Source: Polyangiaceae bacterium (GTDB taxonomy: Bacteria > Myxococcota_A > Polyangia > Polyangiales > Polyangiaceae). Taken from it: a stretch of DNA of 64,000 nt. Within the stretch, counting starts at the first letter, position 1. The number at the start of each line of letters is the position of its first letter. The notes beneath the pieces were generated by a model. The model had not been told where the DNA came from. It saw nothing but the letters and a program-made list of their open reading frames with translations, and did no database searches. The stretch lies in the NCBI GenBank assembly GCA_044376115.1, contig JBILLK010000001.1:96001-160000 (forward strand), in the 5' to 3' direction. The translations under genes and the position numbers were made by a program. This document shows positions 1 through 8,262 of this stretch, piece after piece.

Positions 1-105
1 CATCCATCGGCGCGGCATTGGAGCACTTTGGACGGTACGTCCGCAACAAGGCCTTTTGCCCGGCGAGAAATTCGGCGAATTAGGGGGCCTGCGATATAGC
101 GGGGC

Positions 106-1929
106 ATGTTCCACCGAGCGCTCTGGCTCCTCGTCGCGCTGATCGTGACGGTCTGTTTGGGCTGTGATTCCCAACGCAGTACGCCCGAGTTGCTCGACTT
201 GTCGGATGTGTCGCCTCGCTTGGTGAAGTCTGGCGACCAGATGGTGGTACTCGGGCGGGACCTTCCGGTCGGCCAAGTTGCAGACGCTCGCGTGCTGTTC
301 GTTGGGTCCACGAGTCAGCCGGGCAAGCCAGCCAGCAGCAAACGCTCCATCGAGGTAACAGGTGCGCGACTCACGCGCGAGGGCGTCGAGTTCCACGTCG
401 ATGACGCGCTCCTCGCTCGCTTCTGCGGCGACGGCGAAGAGGCGGAACACGCTACCTTCAGCGGGAGGATCGAGGTCTGGTTACCGTCGACCGGTCGGCT
501 GCCCGTCTACGGCTCACTCAAAGGGGACGTCGTCATAGACTTTGTGCCGCGACGTGCGTCACAGCGCGTTTTGCAGCTACGAGAGGCTGCCGTACGCGAC
601 ACGGAGGAGCTGGTGGGAACAACCTTCAGTCCCATCGCGGATGGCGGCGGATTCGCTATCTCACAACTAGCTCCCGAGAGTCCGTTGGCGCAGGCTGGGG
701 CGAAAGAAGGCGATCTCGTCCTCGCGCTCGACGCTCTCACGGTCCTGTCTCGCGACGACTTGCGTTTGCGAGGGGATGGAAAGCCAGCCGCGATCGAGGT
801 TCTGCGGGCGGATGAGGCTCTCCTCCTATCGTTGCCAACCGATGGTTTTCGCTCAATGACCAGCACCTCCACCAATCTCGGTCTGGTGTTGCTCGGGGCT
901 CTATTCGTGGCCTTTGCTTTACTCGCAGGCCCACTGGCGTTCTGGCTTAGGTGGCTGGCCTTCCGGGTGCGAGAAGCGCTGCTGAGTCGACGTGAGACTT
1001 CAGCCGTCGCCTCCATCCTGCGCACAGCGGGTGGCTTTGGCAGCGTGGGTCAGGCTCGTTCGGTTGGGCCGATCTTTCTGCTCTGTGTACTCGCCTTCTT
1101 CTTCGCGACATTTCCGTTCATTGAGCTGCGACTAGGTCTGCCGCTCGACATTCCCACGCTCTACCTGCTGAGCGTCACCGCCCGACTTACGACAGCCTTG
1201 CTCACGGGTGGCTGGGGAACCGGCGTCGGCATCGTGCGTCGCCGAATCACAGCGCTTGCATGGACGTTGCTCAGTGAGTTGCCAGCAACGCTAGCGCTCG
1301 CAGCAGCGCTCTGGACCGCAGGCAGCTTTCACGTGAAGGACTTGGTTCAATTTCAATGCGCGGCGGGTCTCGGTTTTACTGACTCTGGCAGTCAGCCCTG
1401 GATGTGGTTGGCGTTCAGAAATCCCCTGCTTGCCGCGCTCTTCGGCTTTGTCTTCGTAATTGCCTTGGTTGAGCGTGAGGATGGGGAGATGCAGCCCGCC
1501 GATTGGGTGCATCTGCTGCTCAGCAGCGGCCTTGGAGCGATCGTGTTCTTCGGCGGCTACGGCCTGCCCGGCACGGGGACGCTTGAACTGACGACGAAAC
1601 CCTGGCTGCAACTGCTTGGGTCAGCCGTCTTCCTGTTCAAGTCGGTGGCGATTGCGTTGGTCGTGTTGGTGCTCCGCAGCGCGCTACCGCGCGTTCGGCC
1701 GCAAATCTACCGAACCATCACGCCGCGCCTCATTGCGCCATTTGCGGTGCTCTCCCTCGGCTTTACGGTTCTGGCCCGGCTCTATCCGCCGCTTCCGGCG
1801 GTTGAGCGCGCCGCGGCTTTGGTGGTGTTGTGTGGGGTTGGCTTGGTTCTGCTAATGCTGGTGGTTCCCGGGCTTAGCCGGCGCCGCCCAGAGTTCTCTG
1901 AGCGAGCGCGGGTAAATCCGTTCCTCTAG
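106..1929 (+). CDS. Lipoprotein-signal / PDZ / degenerate NuoH (complex I subunit 1-like) fusion membrane protein
   Basis: Lipobox-like VCLGC. PDZ-like segment (ISQLAPESPLAQAGAKEGDLVLALD). C-terminal multi-TM region matches NuoH motifs (LDIPTLYLLS..GGW, LLSELP..LAL....GSF.V.DLV..Q, FFGG, FLFK...LRSALPRVR). Confidence 0.8.
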   Translation: MFHRALWLLVALIVTVCLGCDSQRSTPELLDLSDVSPRLVKSGDQMVVLGRDLPVGQVADARVLFVGSTSQPGKPASSKRSIEVTGARLTREGVEFHVDDALLARFCGDGEEAEHATFSGRIEVWLPSTGRLPVYGSLKGDVVIDFVPRRASQRVLQLREAAVRDTEELVGTTFSPIADGGGFAISQLAPESPLAQAGAKEGDLVLALDALTVLSRDDLRLRGDGKPAAIEVLRADEALLLSLPTDGFRSMTSTSTNLGLVLLGALFVAFALLAGPLAFWLRWLAFRVREALLSRRETSAVASILRTAGGFGSVGQARSVGPIFLLCVLAFFFATFPFIELRLGLPLDIPTLYLLSVTARLTTALLTGGWGTGVGIVRRRITALAWTLLSELPATLALAAALWTAGSFHVKDLVQFQCAAGLGFTDSGSQPWMWLAFRNPLLAALFGFVFVIALVEREDGEMQPADWVHLLLSSGLGAIVFFGGYGLPGTGTLELTTKPWLQLLGSAVFLFKSVAIALVVLVLRSALPRVRPQIYRTITPRLIAPFAVLSLGFTVLARLYPPLPAVERAAALVVLCGVGLVLLMLVVPGLSRRRPEFSERARVNPFL

Positions 1930-2012
1930 AGGAATCGCGTCCGCCAAGGTGGCATTGCATTTCCACATGAAAGAGCTTTTCCCTTCCCGTAAGGACAGCT
2001 TAACTTGTCAGC

Positions 2013-3680
2013 GTGTCACTGGATGAATCCCGGTTGAGTTGTACGAGCTGCGGGCTCCCGCTCTCGGGTTCTGCCTGTGCGGCGTGTGGAGGAAGCGGCT
2101 TGCCCTTGGCGCTCGCGGATGGCGTCGCGGGATCCGCAAGAGCGTATGCCTCGGAGACCGAGCGATCTGACCTCGGAGCGCATGCAGAGCTCGTCGACGG
2201 CAACTTCGGTAACCTCGTCGCACGATGCGTGAGTGCGCTCGGGATGTCCGAGCTCACGTCAGCAGAAACGCCTGATGGCCCTTTGTTCCGGGCAATGTTG
2301 CGGGGATTTGCGCTGTTTTTCCGCATTCGGCCGACCATTGGTGACCTTGTCATCGAGGTACCGGTGGTGAGGCTGCCGCTTACGCAGTACGTGGCGGCGC
2401 TTCGGCTGATTTTGGAGCTTTCAGATCGGGATCACTCGGCGGTTCGCTATTCAACCCGGGGAGAGCTGGTGATCGCGCGCTTCGTCGGGGTGCTTCCGAC
2501 GATCAGCCCAGGCTCCTTTTACCAAGCTATCGAGTCGGTGCTCGAGGCTGCTCTCGATTGTGCGCGCGTGCTCGTTGGATCGTTTCAAGCACGCGAAATC
2601 ACGCCCAAGGACTGTGCGGCATTGACGCTTGAGAGTTTCCCTCGGGGCATCGTCCTCACCGACGAATTGCCGACGTCGTCACAGCGCACGGCGTTGGCAG
2701 CCCAGTCGTCGCGCCGGGTCCCCACCCGCGAGCTGCTCGGGCCAACGCGCCCTACGCCGGTCGCCGACGTGCCCGCCATTTTGATGCCTCCGGGCGGGCC
2801 CGCTCAGCCCAAAGCAGCAGCAGCAGCCAACCCACGCCCGACGCCCGCCAAGTCTCCTTCGGTTCCACCTCCGGTGAAGCCCGCCGCGCCAGCCGCACAG
2901 CCCGCGTTGAGGCCCCCGCAGCGAGAGGTCCCCAAGCCGCGTGAAGAGCACACGCCCCCGACGGCACCGTCGCCCGCCGACGTACCGCCGCTCCGTGGCT
3001 CGAACCACCCACCGCCCGCAGCAGCAAAGCCCGTCACCCCTGCGGCACCGGCCGTTAGTCCCATCACACAAACAAGCGCTGCATCGCCCCCCAAGGCAGG
3101 CTCTCGGCATGCAGCTCTCTGTGAGCTTTTGCACAAGGCTCAGACTTTGGGCGCCGTGCTCAGCTTCGCGGACCAACCGGCCACCATGTGTTTGCTGATC
3201 CGTGCCACCGTCTATCGCACGATCCTCGAGCATGAGCAGGCTGCGCCGGGTGCAGCGGCCCACTTGGCGACGTCCACCGCCACGCTCACCAAGGAGATCT
3301 ACATCACGGCCCCTGGCAAACGCCGCGGCTCGATGGCCATACCGCCGACCGCACCAGCCTTCGAGACGATGGCAGATATCGTGGCGAAGGAAGGCGTCGT
3401 CCAATCGAGCGAACCATTGGTCATTCAGCCAATAACCACAGCGCAAGAGGCGAAGCAGCACCTTGCTCGCTACGTGTCGGAGATCGACCAAGCACCCAGC
3501 GACGTGGACCTGCGTCACTTCTTGGCACTCGGTGCACTCTCGGAGCTGCTGGTCCGGGCCAAGTTGCCCCCGGCAACGCAGGAACGACTCAAGGGCATCC
3601 TTGCGCACGCGCGTAAAGAAGGCCCCAAACAACAGGTTGTGGAGCTGATGATGACCGCACTCAACCGGATGATCGCCTGA
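2013..3680 (+). CDS. Zn-ribbon + CesT/YbjN-like domain + Pro-rich linker + helical C-terminal domain protein
   Basis: CTSC...CAAC; LVIEVPVVRLP..ALRLILELSD..VRYS chaperone-like motif; long Pro/Ala linker; stop overlaps next start. Confidence 0.65.
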   Translation: MSLDESRLSCTSCGLPLSGSACAACGGSGLPLALADGVAGSARAYASETERSDLGAHAELVDGNFGNLVARCVSALGMSELTSAETPDGPLFRAMLRGFALFFRIRPTIGDLVIEVPVVRLPLTQYVAALRLILELSDRDHSAVRYSTRGELVIARFVGVLPTISPGSFYQAIESVLEAALDCARVLVGSFQAREITPKDCAALTLESFPRGIVLTDELPTSSQRTALAAQSSRRVPTRELLGPTRPTPVADVPAILMPPGGPAQPKAAAAANPRPTPAKSPSVPPPVKPAAPAAQPALRPPQREVPKPREEHTPPTAPSPADVPPLRGSNHPPPAAAKPVTPAAPAVSPITQTSAASPPKAGSRHAALCELLHKAQTLGAVLSFADQPATMCLLIRATVYRTILEHEQAAPGAAAHLATSTATLTKEIYITAPGKRRGSMAIPPTAPAFETMADIVAKEGVVQSSEPLVIQPITTAQEAKQHLARYVSEIDQAPSDVDLRHFLALGALSELLVRAKLPPATQERLKGILAHARKEGPKQQVVELMMTALNRMIA

Positions 3681-4843
3681 TGATTGCGCTCTCAGAACTA
3701 GCCGCTCGTGTTGGCCCCTCCATCGTCGGCGTTGTTTCGCCAACCAATCGTGGGTCGGGTTATTGCGCGCTCGCAAACGGACTCATCGTCACAAGCTTGG
3801 ACACCGTCGGTTACGACCGCGAGGTTCAGCTCATGCTCGAGAACGGCTCGAGTGTGGCAGCCGTCGTGGTGCGAGCGAACGTGGCATTGGACGTAGCGCT
3901 GCTCCTTCCCAAGGAGCCCCTCGAGTTACCACCGCTCGCAAGCGGGGCCGATCCGCAGCTTGGCGACGAAGTTGCGATCATGGGCCGCGCTCACTCCGAG
4001 CCGATCGTGATGCGTTCGCGCATCGCTTCGACCAACCGCATCTACGAGCAGTTCAGTCACGTACAGCTCGACGTAGCGCCCGATGAGTTCTCGCTCGGCG
4101 CCCCGGTGCTGGACGCCAACGGTGGTGTGCTGGGATTGATCGTTCGATCACGCCGAGTGCGCACCCTCGGGGATCGCAACGCTCACAAGTGGGTCTCCGG
4201 CCTTGTGCTCCCGATCTCATCGTTCGAGGGTGGCCTCCTCTCGGCGGACGGCCCGCATGAAGAGATCCTCGAGCTGCTACCCGAGTATGGGTGTCCCAAG
4301 TGCGACACCATCTTCGAGCCGGAGCTGGATCGCTGCCTCGAGTGCGGGACCCTTCTCCCCCATCGGTTTGCGCGCGAAACGTTGGCGCCCCCGCTCAAAC
4401 CGTCCTTGCGGGGTGGCTTCGCCGTCAAGGCGGCGCTCGCGTCGTTGGGGATCCCGCGCAACCGAGCCCAGGTTGGTCCGCGCACGTGGCGCTTCGCTCC
4501 GGCGATTCAAGACCAGGCCTTTGGCGCACAGTTGGATCTCACGACCGATGACGACGGCGGCAACCTCGTATTGCGCAGCCCGGTCGTTCGGCTACCGATC
4601 GAGAACTTCGAGCCGCTCTATCGGCATCTGCTCACGCTGAATGACGAAACCTCCGGGGAATACCGCTTTAGCGTCGTCGACTCGAGCGTCTACCTCAGCG
4701 TCTTCATCCCCTCTACCGCGGTGGACCCTGCGTCCTTCCCCACGGTCGTGAGCGACTTCTCGCGGACGCTGACGCTCTATCGCACAACCTTCCAACGGCA
4801 CTTTGGGCTCGAACCACTCTTCGAGAACGAAGTCGATTTCTGA
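3680..4843 (+). CDS. Trypsin-like (S1C) pseudoprotease + Zn ribbon + YbjN/CesT-like domain
   Basis: GSGY..GLIVTSLD, DVALL and QLDVAPDEFSLGAP align to HtrA motifs; CPKC..CLEC; C-terminal LVLRSPVVRLP..LYRHLLTLN. Confidence 0.75.
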   Translation: MIALSELAARVGPSIVGVVSPTNRGSGYCALANGLIVTSLDTVGYDREVQLMLENGSSVAAVVVRANVALDVALLLPKEPLELPPLASGADPQLGDEVAIMGRAHSEPIVMRSRIASTNRIYEQFSHVQLDVAPDEFSLGAPVLDANGGVLGLIVRSRRVRTLGDRNAHKWVSGLVLPISSFEGGLLSADGPHEEILELLPEYGCPKCDTIFEPELDRCLECGTLLPHRFARETLAPPLKPSLRGGFAVKAALASLGIPRNRAQVGPRTWRFAPAIQDQAFGAQLDLTTDDDGGNLVLRSPVVRLPIENFEPLYRHLLTLNDETSGEYRFSVVDSSVYLSVFIPSTAVDPASFPTVVSDFSRTLTLYRTTFQRHFGLEPLFENEVDF

Positions 4844-4879
4844 CGCAACGAGCAACCGCCTGGCACGTAAGGGTCGGGC

Positions 4880-5344
4880 ATGAACGTGCGCACGCAGTTT
4901 GCCTGGCGAATCTTGCTTCCAGTGGCGCTTTGCAGCATCTCCTGCCAGCAAAACGATCAACCGGCTGAAGCGACAGCGCTGCTTGAGTCGGTTCAAGCGG
5001 ACAACTATCGAGAGTGGCAACGTGCGCCAGGGTACGGCGCGCGGACCCCGACCAGCGCCCCACACGGTGACTCGGTCGAGATCTTCGTCAATGACGTCTT
5101 GGCCGACGCATTGACAGCGCAAGCGCTAGAGGAGTGGCCGGTGGGCTCAATCGTCGCCAAAGACGGCTACGATTCGGATGGCGCGCTAGAGCTGATCGCG
5201 TTGATGGAAAAGCGTGAATCCGGCTGGTTCTGGGCGGAGTATGACGCTGATGGTGAACCACTCTACTCGGGCGAACCAGGCATTTGTCTCGACTGCCACG
5301 CCAGCGGTGACGACTACGTTCGCGCCTTCGGTTTTGCCCAGTAG
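4880..5344 (+). CDS. Cytochrome P460 / c'-beta family lipoprotein
   Basis: Lipobox SISC; WPVGSIVAKDG; MEK..GWFWAEY; C-terminal CLDCH heme motif followed by DYV. Confidence 0.8.
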   Translation: MNVRTQFAWRILLPVALCSISCQQNDQPAEATALLESVQADNYREWQRAPGYGARTPTSAPHGDSVEIFVNDVLADALTAQALEEWPVGSIVAKDGYDSDGALELIALMEKRESGWFWAEYDADGEPLYSGEPGICLDCHASGDDYVRAFGFAQ

Positions 5345-5353
5345 GGGCTGACG

Positions 5354-7528
5354 CTATTCACAAAACGCCCGCACGCCGCTGCCGCGTGCGACGAAGTCGA
5401 AGGACAATGCACGCTGTTCTTTGCTGGCGGCCATCGCAGTGCTGAGCCGTTTGCCGACCGTCGTCGCGCAAAGGACGGCTCTATCCGAGGCACCACCGGA
5501 GTCCTCCCAGCAGGCTTGCCCGCCGCCGCTCGAGCCGGGCCAGACCCGCAGCTTTATCGGCACGTTCACGTCAAACGGGTTCTCCCGTCCGCACGACGCT
5601 TCCCCGCTCTCGAGCCCACTCTGAATCGCTGCGATCTCAAGCCGAGATGCGGGCCGGGCACCGAGCCCCCACGAGTCGTTGCATGCAAATGCTTTGTTTT
5701 CACGCGGCTCCGTAGCCACTTCGGTGACCGCGATGGCCAAGCCAACACTGCGAAGTTTTCGCACGAGCTTGAGCGCGTCTTTGAGTCGCTGCAGCGGCAA
5801 TTCTCCCTCTGCGACGATCAACAAACCTGGCGCGCGCTCGTCGAGCACCGAGCTGAATCGAGCCAAGCCGGTGTCATCGAGTCGCTCCACCCCCCGCTTG
5901 CCCAAGATTGATACGTAGTAGGCGCTGTTCGTCACCACCCAAACCGTCGTGTCGTCGCGCCCGATCTCTTCAATCGGAGGTGAAACGAGCGCGATCGGCA
6001 CTTCCGTCTTCGACAGCCGAGCCCCGCCACCGAGGCTGAATCGAACCGTGGCGGGCTGGGCGAAAAGCGCATCGAGATCCGCCACAGCAGGTGGCAACCG
6101 TCCTGGACGAACAGCGCCCAAGCTCAACGAACTGTCGCGCATGAGACACGGCGCAAACGCCGTAGAAACTTGCTGACCTCGCTCGGCGAGATGCTGGGCA
6201 ACAGTAACCCCCGCAGCGTCAGCTCCCCGCGATTCAGCGCTCCCAGCGCGCAGCGCGCGCCGCTCTCGAGCGCCCAAGACGATCAGCATCGCTACGACCA
6301 CCACGCTGAGACCCAGCCCGATACCCAGCGCGATGCGGTGAGCCGGCTTCAGACTGGCGGGCGTCGCGGCCGTTATCGAAGTGGAAGGAGCCGAGCGAGG
6401 GGAGCCGACCGACTGCAACGGGGCCACGGCCGGAGAGCTTGCGGGAGGTGGTTGTCCGGCGTGGTCGCTCGGCACGGGTGCTGGCGGCATCGCGAGAGGC
6501 GCAACCACCGCGGGCAACGCTGGCTCGAAACTCGGCTGGCTCGGCTGGTGGGTAACACTCGACGCTGGCTCGACAGAACTCGGCCCGCTCGTAATGTCCC
6601 ACTGATCGAAGTTAGGCGGCTGCTGCGTCACCAGAGTCACTTCCGCTTGCAACGGCGCTGGGGTTTCAAACGGGACGAGGGCCTCAGCTAGCTCGAGCAC
6701 CGACGAAAACCGATCCGACCGGTTCTTCTTCAGAGCACGGTCGACCACCCATTCGAGCGCCTCAGGCGCAGCAGGAAGAAACTCACGCAACCGGCGCGCT
6801 GGATCGGCAGCGATTGCAGCCGTAACCGCGTGCGCCGACTCCCCCGCGAAGGGAGGCTGCCCGGTGATCAGCTCGAACAGCACTACGCCCAGCGCCCATA
6901 CGTCACTTCGAGCGTCGACATCGCGCAGCGCCCGCACTTGTTCGGGTGACATGTACAGCGGCGTACCCACCGTCACGTGGATCTGGGTCAGGTGAGCCGC
7001 CCCCAGATCGACCTTGGATACGCCGAAATCGATCACCTTGATGATGCCCGTGCCATTCGCTGATGCGGCAAGAAACAGGTTCTCTGGCTTGAGGTCGCGA
7101 TGAACGATGCCCGCGGCGTGAACGTCGGCGAGACCCATGCAAGCCTGCCGCACCCAGCCGACCGCGGTGTGAATCGGCACAGATCCGAGCTTGTCGAGCA
7201 AGCCGCCAAGATCGGTTCCTTCAAGCCATTCCATGGAGAGGAACGGCAAACCCAGCTCGGTCCGCCCGGTGTCGAAGACGCGCACGACATGCGGATTGTC
7301 CACGCGCGAGATGGCCACGCCTTCGCGGTGAATGCGCTCAACCACCTCGGGGACGTCGAGGATCTCCGGCCGGAGCACCTTCAGCGCGATCTTGTGCCCC
7401 CGTGCGCGGTCGAAGGCCTCGAACAAGACGCCCATCGCCCCTCCGCCTCGCGCTGCCAGAACGTGAAACCGCCCGAGGACTTCCTCGCCTGGCAAGGGCA
7501 AGCGGATGGCAGAGGCGGTCACGCACAT
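5354..7528 (-). CDS. Membrane Ser/Thr protein kinase with extracytoplasmic C-terminal domain
   Basis: GGAMG, ALK, HRDLKPEN, DFG, GTPLYMSPEQ, DVWALG; TM segment IALGIGLGLSVVVVAMLIVLG. Confidence 0.93.
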   Translation of the reverse strand: MCVTASAIRLPLPGEEVLGRFHVLAARGGGAMGVLFEAFDRARGHKIALKVLRPEILDVPEVVERIHREGVAISRVDNPHVVRVFDTGRTELGLPFLSMEWLEGTDLGGLLDKLGSVPIHTAVGWVRQACMGLADVHAAGIVHRDLKPENLFLAASANGTGIIKVIDFGVSKVDLGAAHLTQIHVTVGTPLYMSPEQVRALRDVDARSDVWALGVVLFELITGQPPFAGESAHAVTAAIAADPARRLREFLPAAPEALEWVVDRALKKNRSDRFSSVLELAEALVPFETPAPLQAEVTLVTQQPPNFDQWDITSGPSSVEPASSVTHQPSQPSFEPALPAVVAPLAMPPAPVPSDHAGQPPPASSPAVAPLQSVGSPRSAPSTSITAATPASLKPAHRIALGIGLGLSVVVVAMLIVLGARERRALRAGSAESRGADAAGVTVAQHLAERGQQVSTAFAPCLMRDSSLSLGAVRPGRLPPAVADLDALFAQPATVRFSLGGGARLSKTEVPIALVSPPIEEIGRDDTTVWVVTNSAYYVSILGKRGVERLDDTGLARFSSVLDERAPGLLIVAEGELPLQRLKDALKLVRKLRSVGLAIAVTEVATEPRENKAFACNDSWGLGARPASRLEIAAIQSGLESGEASCGRENPFDVNVPIKLRVWPGSSGGGQACWEDSGGASDRAVLCATTVGKRLSTAMAASKEQRALSFDFVARGSGVRAFCE

Positions 7529-7648
7529 CCTCGGTACGCGTGCACGCTGGCATCGTCAATGCCACCGAGGGCGATCAAAAGCTGCCGACAAGAACCCTAT
7601 GATCGCCGAAACATTGCTCACCGGCTCACAGCTTGACATGCTTGGCCC

Positions 7649-8242
7649 ATGCGTCTGGAAAAGCAGCTCATTGGGACCGCTACACTCCTTGCCGTACTCG
7701 GCTGTGGCGGAAGCAATGGAAAGCCCGACAACACCGCTTGGGAAACGCGTCAGGGCTTCAGAATGCCGGGCGTCAACGAAGAGGGCGAGGTTGACTTCGC
7801 GGCAAAGAGCACTCGATTTTCGGGCTTTGATTGGGTGGGTGTGCGGCACGATCTCGCGATCAATCCGAACTTGGAGCAGAAGACGCCCGAGTGCAGCTGC
7901 CTGGCAGTCGAGATGGGTGACCCGAACGATCCTCGGTTCGTTTGGCGCGGGCCCAAGCCGGATCTCAACCCCGTGAACGTGGCGATCGCCGTAAGCGCTT
8001 TCAACGTGGACTGTCCAGGCGGTTCCGCGAACAAAGCCGACCGTCGACCTTCGATCCGCGCGGTCGACCGCGTTGGGAAAGACGTCGTCATCGAAATTGA
8101 GGAGCTTCCTGCCGACCGCCCGGTCGCAACGGGCGCGATCATGCGTCCGCTCGAGCCAGGCGGGAACCTGTACGTCCGACCGCGCAACAAGAATCTCCCT
8201 TACGCGAAGATTTCGGGTAAGCAGCTCTGCCGCGTGAAGTGA
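7649..8242 (+). CDS. Hypothetical lipoprotein
   Basis: Lipobox VLGC; 197 aa ORF with Cys residues; co-directional with downstream run. Confidence 0.75.
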   Translation: MRLEKQLIGTATLLAVLGCGGSNGKPDNTAWETRQGFRMPGVNEEGEVDFAAKSTRFSGFDWVGVRHDLAINPNLEQKTPECSCLAVEMGDPNDPRFVWRGPKPDLNPVNVAIAVSAFNVDCPGGSANKADRRPSIRAVDRVGKDVVIEIEELPADRPVATGAIMRPLEPGGNLYVRPRNKNLPYAKISGKQLCRVK

Positions 8243-8262
8243 CCGTGGAGTAGAGTGGCTGG

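Noticed and set aside
1..18. Possible start of a divergent minus-strand gene (ATG at 18, 7 or 3)
   Set aside because: Too little sequence to support it.
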